A stretch of 64,000 nt of DNA. Origin: Balanoglossus misakiensis. Taxonomy: Eukaryota; Animalia; Hemichordata. Position numbers and translations under genes: made by a program. The number at the start of each line of letters is the position of its first letter. Position 1 is the stretch's first letter. A model generated the notes under the pieces. That model searched no databases. It saw only the letters and a list, made by a program, of their open reading frames with translations, and was not told the DNA's origin. Where the stretch lies: positions 5,376,831 to 5,440,830 of the forward strand of contig CM082578.2 of NCBI GenBank assembly GCA_040954595.2. Reading direction: 5' to 3'. This document shows, in pieces, positions 12,321-25,187 of this stretch.

Positions 12321-13109
12321 GATGGAATCGATGACATTTAACCTCAGCATACTGCCAGCAAGTGCCCGTTGTTAAAAATCTTTCCTTTTCTCATGGTTTT
12401 TTTGTATTCGTTTACACATGCATGTCGTCTCTGTGTTTATGTCTCTCTATTCAGGCGCCAGTATTCACGTGTATGATCGACTATATTGCGACGTTTCATC
12501 GCTAGTCAAAACAGCGGAATTAAGAGAGAGTCGTTCCTTTAGGCTATCTGATATAGGCCTACCGCAGAATAAACAGCATCACTTATGCATCTGAAAATAA
12601 CTTTTGTATGACGCAGAAGTTGTGTTCTGTTGTTATTGCATATATGTTCCGTCAACTTTCACAAAGCGTCTTGATTTTTTTACAGTGATGCGGCAGCGAT
12701 GACGCAAACCTGAAACGGTCGTTGATTGACCAAAATATCACAATCATTGTTATGCAAAGTGAGGTCATAGGTCAGGTCTCCCAGTCCTGTGATTCAGAAT
12801 CGCGATATTGCATCGTAATACGAGAAATGTTTCATGAACGCGAACAATTATCGTAAACTTTGAGATTTGCATACAGTGACATTAACTTTCCGATTCACCT
12901 GTCGACAGTTGGCTGGATAGCAATAATTTATGTGTATAGAAGCTTCTTTGAACAACATATTTTTTAAAATTCCATTGGAATTGATACTCGACAAGATTAG
13001 TCAGAAAAAAAACTGCAGTCGAAATACACGATGTTCCCTCAGTATGCCCGAGCTGAGATGTTTTAAAACTAGTTAATTTCCACAAGGGCCCTTTGAATGA
13101 ACACTGTTA

Positions 13110-13883
13110 GGGAGCATTCGTTTTTTACAGGGAGGGGGGGGCCGGTGGAAATCAGGGGGGGGTTTACTTTTACAAAGCAGTTTTATAATCAAGGGATTAT
13201 TATATAGGGACTGAAAGGGGGGGACTTGAAAACTTTGACGGCTTAATATTTATTTTGAGTCCACAAAAATGCAGTTTCGCGTCCTTTATTTTACAAAATT
13301 TTCTAATGTGGGAGGGGGACACCCCCTCCCACACCCACCCCCTCCATTCATCAACACCTTTCAATCATTGACTGGTTTATCTAGTGTCCCAGGTCAGGGG
13401 ACTTGCCCCCACCCCATGATAACTTTGAGCGGCGACGTTAATTTGCTTTTGCTGGGTTCATTAAAATGCAGCTTTGAGCTCTGTATTTTATAAAAATTTT
13501 CTTATGTGGGAGGGGGACACCCCCTCCCAAACCCACCCCCTTCAATTCTCGGTTTACAATGTCTCCCAACACAGAATACAAATACTTAAAATATAAAAAC
13601 AATGTTCAGTAGACATGTAAATGAACAGACATAAATTGACAACAGAGAAAAAGATGCTGAAAAAAGACAAACTGAAAATAGTTGAAGCGCACATATGTGG
13701 TATGTCGAACATACACCAATATCTGACAAAGTTTGATAAGTTAATCCGGTGGATAAACTTTTTTTTTGGGGGGGGGGGGGTCACATTTTAGAAAAGTAAT
13801 TTCCAGGGGGGGTTGCCTTTTACATTTAGTCGGCGACTCAAATTCCACCGGCCCCCCCCTCCGTGTAAAAAACGAATGCTCCC
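13110..13883. mobile_element. PIF/Harbinger-type non-autonomous element (MITE), 774 bp, TTA target-site duplication
   Basis: ~40 bp TIRs GGGAGCATTCGTTTTTTACA.GGAGGGGGGGGCCGGTGGAA / TTCCACCGGCCCCCCCCTCCGTGTAAAAAACGAATGCTCCC. TTA at 13107-13109 and 13884-13886. The paralogous empty site ACACTG-TTA-AGGAAATG lies at ~5475-5491. Confidence 0.9.
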
Positions 13884-14108
13884 TTAAGGAAATGTCGGCT
13901 AGGATCATTTGCTTCAATTTTCAACAACGATCTGCATACATGTATGATCTTTACCATTTTATCACAGCAAGGAAGCATTATATAGCGGTTGACGTTTTTG
14001 GCTTGTTAACCAAAATCAACCGCAAAATCTCACATTTTACGCACTATTTGTACTATGAAATTGAGCTGATATTTTAAATTTTTGCTGTTTGATTTAAACG
14101 AAGGCAAG

Positions 14109-14602
14109 TGTATGTATGTATGTATGTACATTTATGTATGTATGTATGTATGTATGTATGTATGTATGTATGTATGTATGTATGTATGTATGTATGTATG
14201 TATGTATGTATGTATGTATGTATGTATGTATGTATGTATGTATGTATGTATGTATGTATGTATGTATGTATGTATGTATGTATGTATGTATGTATGTATG
14301 TATGTATGTATGTATGTATGTATGTATGTATGTATGTATGTATGTATGTATGTATGTATGTATGTATGTATGTATGTACATTTATGTATGTATGTATGTA
14401 TGTATGTATGTATGTATGTATGTATGTATGTATGTATGTATGTATGTATGTATGTATGTATGTATGTATGTATGTATGTATGTATGTATGTATGTATGTA
14501 TGTATGTATGTATGTATGTATGTATGTATGTATGTATGTATGTATGTATGTATGTATGTATGTATGTATGTATGTGTGTATGTATGTATGTATGTATGTA
14601 TG
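14109..14602. repeat. (TATG)n microsatellite, ~490 bp
   Basis: Direct reading, with two TACATT interruptions. It explains the spurious MYVC/HTYI ORFs. Confidence 0.99.
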
Positions 14603-15694
14603 TTATGTCTCACTTTGTTTCTGCTAGTTTCTCTGTGGGTCGTTGAAATCTAGCATTCGATAATATTTACTAGTGTATGTAAAGCAATCTCACACCGTCA
14701 ATTGCTATCAACTATACTGACATATCAGAATGCACTTTATCCGCAGGGATTAGAATAACAAAGAAGACAGGCTTCACCGCCACTCTTATCAAACATTATG
14801 CGTATTTACGGGCAGATGATCATATTAGCGACGGAAATTCACCAGGGCAGTTTGGAAACCACTCCAATACACTTTGTTCGATTTCTTCGAGTACTTTTGG
14901 CTTAACATGCTACCCTAGTTACCAGACTTTTGCTGCTGAAACACTGTGCTGTGGGCTGAACGAATGCGTTAATATAGAAGTGCATTTGCATTATTTACGC
15001 GATTTATAAAGACACCGAAGACGGCCGAAAAACCACGGCCTCGAATGACCTTTTAGCGGGTCTGGGTCATTCCGACAATGCCATTTTATTATCCATTTAT
15101 CACAATACATGGAGAAGTGTTTGAATAAGTCCATTCTTGTTGTCTAAATACCGTGCCTACATCTGTGGCCTGGTTGCTACACACCTTTCACTGGTGTACG
15201 ACACAGCCACAATGCGCAGCGCGACCAAGCCTTTGATTGCCATACACTATCTAATTTAATTGTAAAGAAGACCCCGTAGACTGATAAATAAATAAATACA
15301 GTTCAAGGCGCTGTCCACCGACCCATCTGTTAAATCTTTCCAATTTCAATCCAGAATGACCTTGTTTTAACATTCCTTTCGTGTTTTCAACAGTTTGGGA
15401 CGTGAATTCACCGAGTACCTTTGAATACCTCTTATGATGAACTTGTTCAAACACCCTTCTACTCGAGCCTACACCTTGATTGGTGTAGACATACGTGCGG
15501 AGTCTGAGAATGACATTTCTGTTGACATCGAGTCGAATCTATATATATATGCACCTTGATTACTGGCATCTTTTGAAAAGGACAACAGTTGTACACTTTG
15601 GTTTATCATCAGTATCGGCGGCATCTGTTCGCCGCTCCCATTGGTCAGTGTTTACTCTGATGTCGAGGTCATGCTGATTCGCGCTAGGTTGAGG

Positions 15695-15710
15695 GTCCCC
15701 CCTTAGCAAC
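15695..15710. promoter_or_regulatory. RFX X-box-like element upstream of paralogue A
   Basis: GTCCCCCCTTAGCAAC, ~140 bp upstream of the ATG; a near-identical element sits upstream of paralogue B. Confidence 0.5.
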
Positions 15711-15846
15711 CACTCTCAGAACGCTGCTGAACGATCGCCCTGTCCCATACTTGACCACAAATCTCTCCGTAAACGCGCTGTTCGAGGCGTCCTTCCCCCC
15801 ACTCCTGTAGACCGCGGCACTCGCGTGCTCCACAGTTCGTCCAAAA

Positions 15847-18800
15847 ATGTCGCGCGTTTCCATGGATACGCAGAGGCAAAATTTCATCGTTGAGTCGATA
15901 CAGAAAGAGGCGCACTACAGAATGAGATGGCAGACACGATACAGCAAGGAATACGCAAGACTCTTCCACCAACGGGAGCCCGTGGACGAAGAGACTCCGA
16001 GACCTGGGCAACCGCTCGCGAGGACAACTTTAAAAGTCGTGGACCCTCCCCGAAAAAGTCTTGGGCAGCGAATGAAGGAAACCAGACTTCAGCGCGACCA
16101 GGGAATATCCGGTGAATGCGACGACATCAAGGGGAATCAGGTGCCACTCACCGAGATGAGGCCAGCATCGAAGACGACGAAATCTTTACTCTATTCAGGT
16201 ATGATCAACAAAATCCCAATTCCTTTTCAAATATGCCGTAGGCATGGTGAATAGGGCTTATTCAATAATTTTCTATGGTCGCCATGGAGACGCGTATGGC
16301 GAGAAAGACGAAGATAACTGATTAATCAGATGGTACTTGTAATTGCCGAGAGTTAAATAAATTCATGATCGGGTTTTGGGATTTCTAAATAACGAATGTG
16401 AATATAAGACATTAGAAGACGGTGGGGGGGGGGGGCAGACGTCACGATGATCCCATGGACCTGTACAAGCCGTTCAGTCAGTACATAACTGCGGGAGAAA
16501 AATCAGATGGAATTTCATTGTATACACGGTTTTGGTTACTCTGTCTCAGCTGTCGTGGTACATTCCTTGGCATATGTTTGCTTTCAATTGTTGAAAATTG
16601 ATATCAGCAAATATCAAAATGAAACATTTCCCCGACCGTGTCTCCCGAAACGTCGACTACAGACCACACGAATCCGCGTGCAATCTTCTATAAACTTATT
16701 AAAATTGCTATAAAGCAGAAAAAATTGACCGCGTTTTTGCCATTTCTCATTTCTTTGTGAAAGTTGAATGCCCAAAACAAATAGGCTCTTCACCGCCGGC
16801 GAGCGATGGTGGTCATTAAGCCGTAATGCAGTGCAGGGTCTGAACGGATGTTTCAGTTTTCCAGTGGAGTGCCCTTGAAAAGCTGACAGGAAAATAAATG
16901 CAGGCAATGAGGTTTTTAAAACTGATGTATGAAAGAAAGGTTATGAGGCCACAGAGCTGTTTCAATGCAAAACAGCTCGACTAGCACTTTCACCGATTCA
17001 CCAGGTACGTCTACGCATAATTATGAAAACCGGCTTTAGAATTGGTTAATACTTCATGCTGCTTAAAATGAAATGAGAATCGTTTACATAATTATAATAA
17101 AGACATTCTCAATTTATGCTATTCCGTAGTTCATTCCGATTTATGGAAGATTCGACGGTCATAAAACGAAACACCCAACTTTATGTATATTTCTTTGTTC
17201 TGGCCAGAGAGGTTAAGGGATAAAATAATGGAATCTAGTTTTACCGTTCTGGATATTCGTGTAATTACTTAGAAAGTAATTTAGTTTTGTTACATGTAGG
17301 TCAGTCTATTTGAGATTCTATGTCAGTGACTTCAAACCGTACTGTACGTAGTCATCGAAACGTTTCCATTAGTATTAAACTGATTCGACGCTAAAATGCA
17401 TCTTTCATTTGAATTCAAAACTCAGCGTGGATTGACATTTTACATTGTACAGAGTAGGCCAGGGTCATGTCGGTGTTTATTGTACTAACGACCCGCCCAA
17501 TATTTACTCGAAAAGTCGGCACAATTTACATATAGTCTGGACTCTTACATGTCGCCATGTCAGCGTTTTAAGTAGAGATCGAGTCATTATGAATGATTTG
17601 ATAGTTTTACAAAACAGCATTACTCATGTCGTGGTGTATTGTATATTTTTCCCTAACCAAAAAAAATGACTATTACAGAAATGCACTTGGATATTTTGCT
17701 CTATGCCCCACGAACCTGTAGTTTTAATCATATTGTTTTTAATTATTAAACATTGGTTTACATTATCAGCAAATGATTAGCGTTATGCAATATGTCCGTC
17801 ATATTAATTTTAATATTCATTCTCAATTTCTATTTCATTACCGACAACCGTGCGGTGTCAAAGGTCACATGACATTGGCCGGCTGCCCACGAATCGTAAT
17901 ATTAGTAGCCATGGAGACGTGTCCATTACTCTAGATCTCGAACAAAAACGAACCATTATCGCTATTTCACATTTTCATTGATTGTGTCCTATTTACACGC
18001 CGTTGTTTACTTATGTTTTTAAGCAGACAATGAACGCATACGACGCGAAATGCAAGCTGATTGCATACGATCATACAGAGCAAATGCACTGCTCATTTTG
18101 CCATTACATTTTCAGTTGTTTGTTACCTGTCAATGATTCGGTTTCCACCTGGAGTTTTCTTTTTTTCCATTGATAAGCAATAATCATTTTCCTCTGACCC
18201 GAATCCGTGGAATATAGTTCAGCAAAGGTCTAATCGTAATTACCAAACGACGACTCGAAAATGATAGAGAGTTTTTGGCTTGAAACAATTAAATGTTGAT
18301 TTGAAAGTGTATAAAACCTGCGCGTCGCAATTTGTGTAGGGACCCTGGCTAAAATAGTAGCCACAGACAAACATATATGCCTAAAGTCCAGGTTTTGGCA
18401 ACAGCGACATAAACTAGATCAAGACAATTCAAAAGATATTCCGAAATAAATGCACACATAAAACACCGTAATTAACCGATAGCCCAACTTTTTTTTACAA
18501 ACGGTAGGTGTTTGTTAATTATAAAATGTCATTTTCTGTAGATGTGTGTACGTGTAAATTCTACATAAATAACTAATGATTTTCCCGCGTTCCTTTTCAG
18601 CAACTTTAATTTCTGTAGATCAACGCATATCCGGAGTTTTGATACTGTGCGCATAAAAAGTAATTGAAGTCAGTGAATTGCAATACATGTACTGTCATTA
18701 CAGACGGTATGCGACATCTTCGTGTGCACAGATCCACGCTATTCAGCTCGTGTCAGCTCGGTTCACTGAAAAAAAAAACCAACGTTGACGTTTTATGTAC

Positions 18801-19397
18801 TTTCAAATGTGACGCTCATTGCTGTCTTCAACATTTCAGATCATCCGATCATCAGTGTGTCTTTTTCGGCGTCCATCATTCAGACTGTGTTCAACACAGC
18901 GTCGTCGCCATGCCTACCATAGCCTAGGACCACTGTCAATAATGCAAAGCGCATAATTTTACAGTCACGTGGTTAATTGAAAGTAAAATTTATAGGCCGT
19001 CACTTTATAGTTTTATAGATTAATATTTGGATTTGAAGATGTAGCAGATCTCATAGTTTGTATACCTGTCTATTCCGTTTTCCTATAATGGACACCCTTA
19101 ATCTTTCGTTAGCCTTGTACTTATTCTGCTGTGCTTTGTGTTTCTACATTTTTCCCGATCCACATAGGGTTCAGCAAAATTGAAGAAGGCAGACACGCGT
19201 ACTTGCAAGCAAGGAAGAAAAAGAAGCCGTACGACAAGTTCGCCTACCCGATGACGAACAGCTGGGAGTACGGCTGGAAGATTGACGATTACATGCAGTA
19301 CTATCGACCGTCGAAACACGGCATGACGCACGTGGTTCAGGACACGTTCTATCGCACTAATGGAGTGTCATTGGACGAGTCCGAGTTTAACCAGTAA
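15847..19397 (+). CDS. SPMIP1: SPMIP1/ATP6V1FNB-family microtubule inner protein, paralogue A (exons 15847-16198, 19168-19397; 193 aa)
   Basis: Phase-1 GT-AG intron (TCAG|GTATGA; CATAG|GG). Protein MSRVSMDTQRQNFIVESIQKEAHYRMRW...EMRPASKTTKSLLYSGFSKIEEGRHAYLQARKKKKPYDKFAYPMTNSWEYGW...QDTFYRTNG. This matches the recalled ATP6V1FNB pattern (RQNFW.E...E...R..W; EM.P...T..LLY.G.S....GR..YL..R....P...Y.FP.T.S..YGW; F.R.NG). Confidence 0.8.
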
Positions 19398-20222
19398 AGT
19401 ATGACTCCGCGCAGAGTAAAGCATCCACTGCTGGAGGGCAGAGTTCGGACACGAAATACGTGGCCTGGAGGTTCGCGAAATTTTGACGGTGTTTTATACA
19501 TGCAACCAACGCGAGTGTATTCGATGCGTGTTCAAGGGCATCAAGATATATATTAACGTGTGTCTTGGACATTTACCACAGACAATGAATATTATGGTAA
19601 ACTTTGTTGCACGGTGCCTATTATGCATTAATTTGAATTGTTTTACATAAGCTTTATTGACATGTTATTAACTATATTTCATTCTCGTTCCACGAGTCCT
19701 ACTGTAGCTGTTTATGGATTTATGCCATGCAGTTGTATATACATTATTTTGTGCTCACACACAAAAAAAACGCGGTAATATTTCTTTAATTTTTGACAAA
19801 CAAATCAAATGTGGGCCGGAGAAGAATCAAACATATCTCTTCAAGGCAACCTTCGCTGTCAGCAGAGATCTCCGCGTATTCGAGTTGTGATGGAAGCTCT
19901 TGTTGACAGCGTAGTTAACCCACAAATACCTGTATAAAAGCTATTGACGATTTTTATAGCCTTGCTACCACCGAGGTGCGCCCCGATTTATTTGAAGGAG
20001 AACAAAAGCCACCGTGTGTGTATCAAAGGTGGGCGAGGTACCTTTGTTTACTTCGACGACGGAGTCTCCAAATGACGAATTCCAAACAGTTTTCAACTGC
20101 GGTGGTCACTTGGCTGTCGACGTCCATGGTGAAGAGAAAGTACTCGGCAATCTACCTGTGTATACTTGAAGACAGTCAATGGCCCTGTTTTTGCGCTTTG
20201 TCATGGGAATACAAATCATATA

Positions 20223-20385
20223 TAGTCTAACCTGTCTATAGTGGCCAGTCAAGGGACTTTCCTAAACTGGCCTTTACAGACAGGTGACCTCTATAGACAG
20301 GTCAATCGGTGCACATGTAAATTGCACAGGGAATGTAACGTGGCCACTACATAGAGGTGGCCACTCACTAACACAGGTTTGAATG
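20223..20385. mobile_element. Degenerate Tc1/mariner (pogo-like) MITE; related copy at ~51301-51467
   Basis: TA-flanked imperfect TIRs (TAGTCTAACCTGT / ACAGGTTTGAATG). Shares internal TGGCCAGTCAAGGGACTTTCC, TATAGACAGGT and AATTGCACAGGGA with 51301-51467. Confidence 0.6.
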
Positions 20386-21641
20386 TATTATAATATGAGG
20401 GGCACGGACAAGATTACGGAAGATTGTAATCTAATATACCGGGTCGATGGGATATCTATAATGCCACCAATGTTGTTTATAGCCCTGTGTTTTATTCAAC
20501 GGAAAGTGCATCAAATTGTTAACATATGGAATAGGAAAGTTTGCTAATCCAGTTGGAGTAGGCGGTGGTACACTTCAAGTGCGCCCTCTAGCAAATTTGT
20601 GTGAAGAAACTCTTATTCTGTTTTTCTGTTGGTTTGCGACAGCTTTGTTATACGCGGCCGTTTGACTGTTAAAGTTGATCTGTTTAATTTAATCTTATGG
20701 ACCCTAATGAATTTTAACAAAGGGACAATTTGAAAAAAGAACATTTCATATAACTGAATTCCAAATGTATATATTTTCTACATGCATGTAATGCTCATCC
20801 GTCCAGTGCAAAATAACATTTAAAAGTTGTATTAAGTGTTGCTGTGTGAAGTATAGGAAGTAAAGTTATGCTGCGTACGACCACCAATTCAAACAGTATG
20901 CAAATATTGTACAACTAACTTCTGCTCCATAATAAAATTTTCTTGGTAATAAACTATCCAGTGACTTTTGTGTCGATGTTACACCACTCTTCCAAGTTCC
21001 ACTTATCGTGTCTATGTGACGTCACCGTGACGTCAATGGCGCTAGTTTGCAGCGAAGACGTGTATACACACGCGTTGCAATTTATTGCTGTGATTCTGTA
21101 CGGGCTATACACAAATGGCTCGCTATCGCTCCATTTGGTGCAACTCACGTGTGAAAAGTATAGTATTGAATGAAAAAGCATAAGTTTGTCACTGATATAG
21201 TGAATGTTGAATGTGACGGAGTAGCAGAATACTAGTATTACTGTTAGTAGTATTAGTTATTCTGGCAAAAGTGGTTGTAGTAACACTTCACATGATGCAG
21301 TATATGTAGTATAATAGAACTCTGTATACAAATGTACTAGGTATACATGTAATGTCTTCTTTACTAGTAATTGCATGTTAGGCCGCGCACCGAAGGCCGG
21401 GACAGAAGGTCCCTATACCTATGGATCCGTTGATCTCCCACTGGAATTTTGAGCGGTCTTGTGTCCATATAGTTGATTTCTATATTATTATATACTTAGT
21501 CCCATGCCAGAACTGTTAGCATACAAATATTGTGAACACAAAAATCAGCCACAAAAGACACCTGAACGCCAGAAAATGCCAGAAAGGAGACCGTAAACCC
21601 ATAGCTACATGTATACAAAGTTTATGCTAAAAACCGCCAGC

Positions 21642-21655
21642 GTCACCATAGTAAC
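21642..21655. promoter_or_regulatory. RFX X-box (full consensus) ~640 bp upstream of paralogue B
   Basis: GTCACCATAGTAAC fits GTNRCC-N(0-3)-RGYAAC. Confidence 0.55.
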
Positions 21656-22170
21656 AGCGGTGTCTATTTTAAACGTTCTTATAGAGACACAAAAATGTTT
21701 GCATTGCTCAATACAAGTAATAAATTATTATGTCGACAGGGAAGCAGTTGACGAGATGTAGCCACTTTTTGAGAGCGATACTAACTTGTAGACGCAAACT
21801 TCATATTTAATGCTGAGGTGAGCATAGGGGAAACAATCCGCCGCAAGTACCAGGCCTAGTGGTTTCGACGTACAGGTTATCTTCGAATGGGTTATAGGTA
21901 AACACGTACAGTGATATCGGCCATGAGGCATACCAAGCGCCATAGAAACAGCCCCCTTCAACGGTTGTCATGTCTCTGTGATTGTCTGCAATGATAGCAG
22001 GCACATAGCGGACACCAATTTCCACCGGTGCATGTCATTCAAAGAGCCGGGAGCACAATTTTTGTTGTTATCGCGAGACAATCGACACTACGTGCACCGA
22101 GGCATTGTCCCGTGGCTGTTTCCAAACACAGGGGGGCCTTTATTCAAACACTTGATTCACCGGTGTACAT

Positions 22171-22185
22171 GTCCCCCGTAGCAAC
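22171..22185. promoter_or_regulatory. RFX X-box-like element upstream of paralogue B
   Basis: GTCCCCCGTAGCAAC, ~110 bp upstream of the ATG. Confidence 0.5.
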
Positions 22186-22293
22186 CTGAAACCGCTGGTC
22201 GACTGGGACGCTTACTGTACGCCGTCACGTTGGAGCTCTGGGGCTTTTACAGTTTGGGACGTCTCTCATCTTTTCTGTGATTCTGCCGACAAC

Positions 22294-24238
22294 ATGGCAC
22301 GCGCTCCCCTGGATAACTCCAGCATGAAGGCCTGGACGGAGCGGCTGGACAAGGAACTGAGGGACCGAATGAAGTGGCAGCTGAAGCACGGCCGGGGTTT
22401 CACGGAGAGCGGGCAGAGATCGTCCGACCCGCAGGCGGAGACCCTTCGACGGTACGTGAAAAGGCAAATGAACGCTCCGGAACCCATACCGACGCCGCCG
22501 AAAACAAGACTAAGCGACCAAGTCAAGGCGGGGGTGAAAATGCAGGAAGAACTGGAGAAGGCGAGGAAAGAAAAGAAACTTGACATAGATGAGTTGTTGA
22601 GAGACATGAGGCCACCAACTCCCGGAACAAAAGCTTTGCTTTACAAAGGCAAGTATATCAGCTTTCTAAATGCGTGTAAACCCTCTAAACCTGTTTAGCG
22701 GTAAACAGTTATTCGGAAAAACCGTAATCTTCGTAAAAACGGATCCGATATACCAGGTATCATTTATTTGCCGGCCATGGTTTTGAACGTTTCTCAATAC
22801 ACCTATAAGGATTACTCCCAAGGTCTCTGTATTCATGAAATGGTCTAAGACATTAGCAACAAACAAGATCCATCACCCCATTATATACAGTCGAATGCCA
22901 AAACAAATCGGTCATATATACCTCCGTCACGGTAAGCTAAATAGCCTGACCCCCGCTGTGTTTGTTGTACATGTAGTAAGCTTTAGGCTAACTGTTTACC
23001 ATAACGTCAACTCACCCGGGCAACTCACCCTCGTCTACTATCTCGGAGTTCCTATCTTTTCATCAATAATCGGAATCTTGTAACCAAAATGAACAAAGTC
23101 TAAATCAATATCCTGATACGTATCTATGCCATGGAAACTTTTTGTACCGTTGTCATTGACAAGCTTTTTTGTACTTGACTACTATTCCAAGCAAAGCTTT
23201 TCATGGATTTGCGGCCAATTTTGGTTTTTGGGAAGATAATCGCGAGGTTTCGAAATATCATTTTAATGTCACGCTAGATTATGTTTCACGAATGATCGCC
23301 CGTACAACCTTCAGCAGCTAGTATACGCGTCGGTCGTTACCCGGGAGATCGGGTCATCCACTCAACAACAACCTGTTTGATTACATTTGCTCAGCATTTC
23401 TGACGTCACACAGTTTCCGGGTCAGCATCTTCTGAAGGTCGCAATGTTAATGGCCGAAATCATTTTACCTTCCACATTTGCCTTCTCATTTTCAGCGCTA
23501 CATGTACAAGTCGTAGTTTCTTTAAAAATCGACTGGAAAAATACTTGAAAGTGCAAACAGTCGTGACTCAATGTCTCGCATGACTTGTTTTTCCAAAGCG
23601 AAACGTAGTTGTCATCTGGTTGCTAGGCTAAGATGAATTGCGATAAATGTATTTCATTAGTCACCAGTCTTTCAGACATGTCACAAAATCAATATTAAAA
23701 TGAAAATATCCATTTCCCCGTGATTTGTGGATTTTATTTGAGAGTTTTTTTTTAAACTTACCATGGGAGCAATGATTTTCGGGGAGGGGTGACTTGAAGG
23801 GCGATGTTTTCCAAAAGAAAGTACAGTCAAATAGTTTGGTTACGAAACCTCAACTAATACATGTACATCTGCTGTAAGGTCAGCGCCTGACAGGACCCGC
23901 CCATACGTGACAACCACCTGTTGAATAAAAAAACAGGCTGAGAATTTGATGCTTTCCCGATTGAAAATTACACCACCATGAAAAAATAACATGGACTATA
24001 AACTTTACATTCATTCTCCACAGGATTCAGTAAAATCGGCGAGGGCAGACAGCGGTATCTTGACGCAAGAAAAGAGAAGGGACCGGAAGACAAATACAAG
24101 TTTCCAGTGACTGGAAATTGCGAGTATGGATGGAAATTAAATGACCAACTGCAGGGAGGCTACGGCGCTCCAACTTTTGGCAGATCACACATTATACAGG
24201 AATCATTCTATCGAACCAATGGTTTATCGCTATTTTAG
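22294..24238 (+). CDS. SPMIP1: SPMIP1/ATP6V1FNB-family microtubule inner protein, paralogue B (exons 22294-22648, 24024-24238; 189 aa; GC-AG intron)
   Basis: MARAPLDNSSMKAWTERLDKELRDRMKW...DMRPPTPGTKALLYKG|FSKIGEGRQRYLDARKEKGPEDKYKFPVTGNCEYGWKL...QESFYRTNGLSLF*. The intron is at the same codon position as in paralogue A. Exon 2 is missing from the ORF track in its true frame and was translated by hand. Confidence 0.8.
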
Positions 24239-25187
24239 GACTTGGCTGTCAGGACTTGACGGATTCGTAACTTTGGTTTCGTATTTATTTTCCTGCGCAG
24301 AAGAATTCCAAGGTCTTCCTATGGTTTCTTGCCAGGTGTCATAATAGTCACGTGATCCTTATGTTCAAACAAAAGGTAAATTGTTCCGACACTGTTTTTT
24401 AAATTCATCTACCTGTGCTCAGAAGAATTCGTCCACGCATGCGCACCACGCCTGTTTGCGGCCAGAGAGTTTCGACCAAGAAAACGAAGTAAACGGACAT
24501 GCAAGCGCCCGTTCGGTTGAACGATATTAGATTGAAAGCCGTCGTAAATTTTTATTGTGATGGAAACATCGTGGGCTTCAATAAATGCAAAACAATTTGT
24601 ATTTCTATCCGACACTTACATGTAATCAAGATACCGGACATTCAGTATTTTTGTAAAAAAAAATTCTAATTTCTAATTGAAATATTGCAGTATAGAGAAG
24701 TAAGATTTAGTTTTGTTTTCTAAGCGACTAGATAGGTGGACATAATCCACATAGTGGCAGCTACAGGACTGTATCTTTAGTCAGTACTTAATCATGTTAC
24801 ATTTTCATGATCAGAGGTTACTTTAAATTTTACAGATCAACCACGTGAATTTACACACACGGGTACTGCAACTGATACCATATTTTTTACAGCTCACTCT
24901 GAATTTTATCTCAACAAAATTCGACAAAGTATTTGTGAATAATGGATTTATGTCATACATTATAAATATAGTAATTGTTTTAAAATGTAGAGATGTGTAA
25001 ATAGCAAAATTATGATTAAAACATAGATTGACTTAATAAAGTTCACCTGAAACTGAAGCATTCCACAACAGTGGCCAGACTTGCGTGGTTGTCAGTCATG
25101 TCAAAGAACACAAAGATGCAGAAGGAAAACTCTCTTCCAAAGAAGTTACATGTAGCCTGACATGTAGTGACTTCGTGAGTGGGTTAA

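Larger units (their letters stand above)
1..14040. repeat. Tandem segmental duplication, period ~8.0 kb (1-5641 aligns to 7999-14040)
   Basis: CCCTTATATAGTCAGACAAAAATGG occurs at 1 and 7999. Colinear similarity runs through exons, introns and upstream region to AAAATCTCACATTTTAC (5641/14040). Copy 1 has ~375 bp extra at ~4934-5310; copy 2 has a MITE at 13110-13883. Confidence 0.95.

Noticed and set aside
1-14040. Two NLR copies as uncollapsed haplotypes placed in tandem
   Set aside because: Not fully excluded without reads, but there is no gap, a unique ~2 kb spacer separates the copies, and tandem arrays are typical of NLRs; treated as a true duplication.
14074-14653. Long MYVC/HTYI repeat ORFs on both strands
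   Set aside because: Translation artefacts of the (TATG)n microsatellite, which has no stop codons in these frames.
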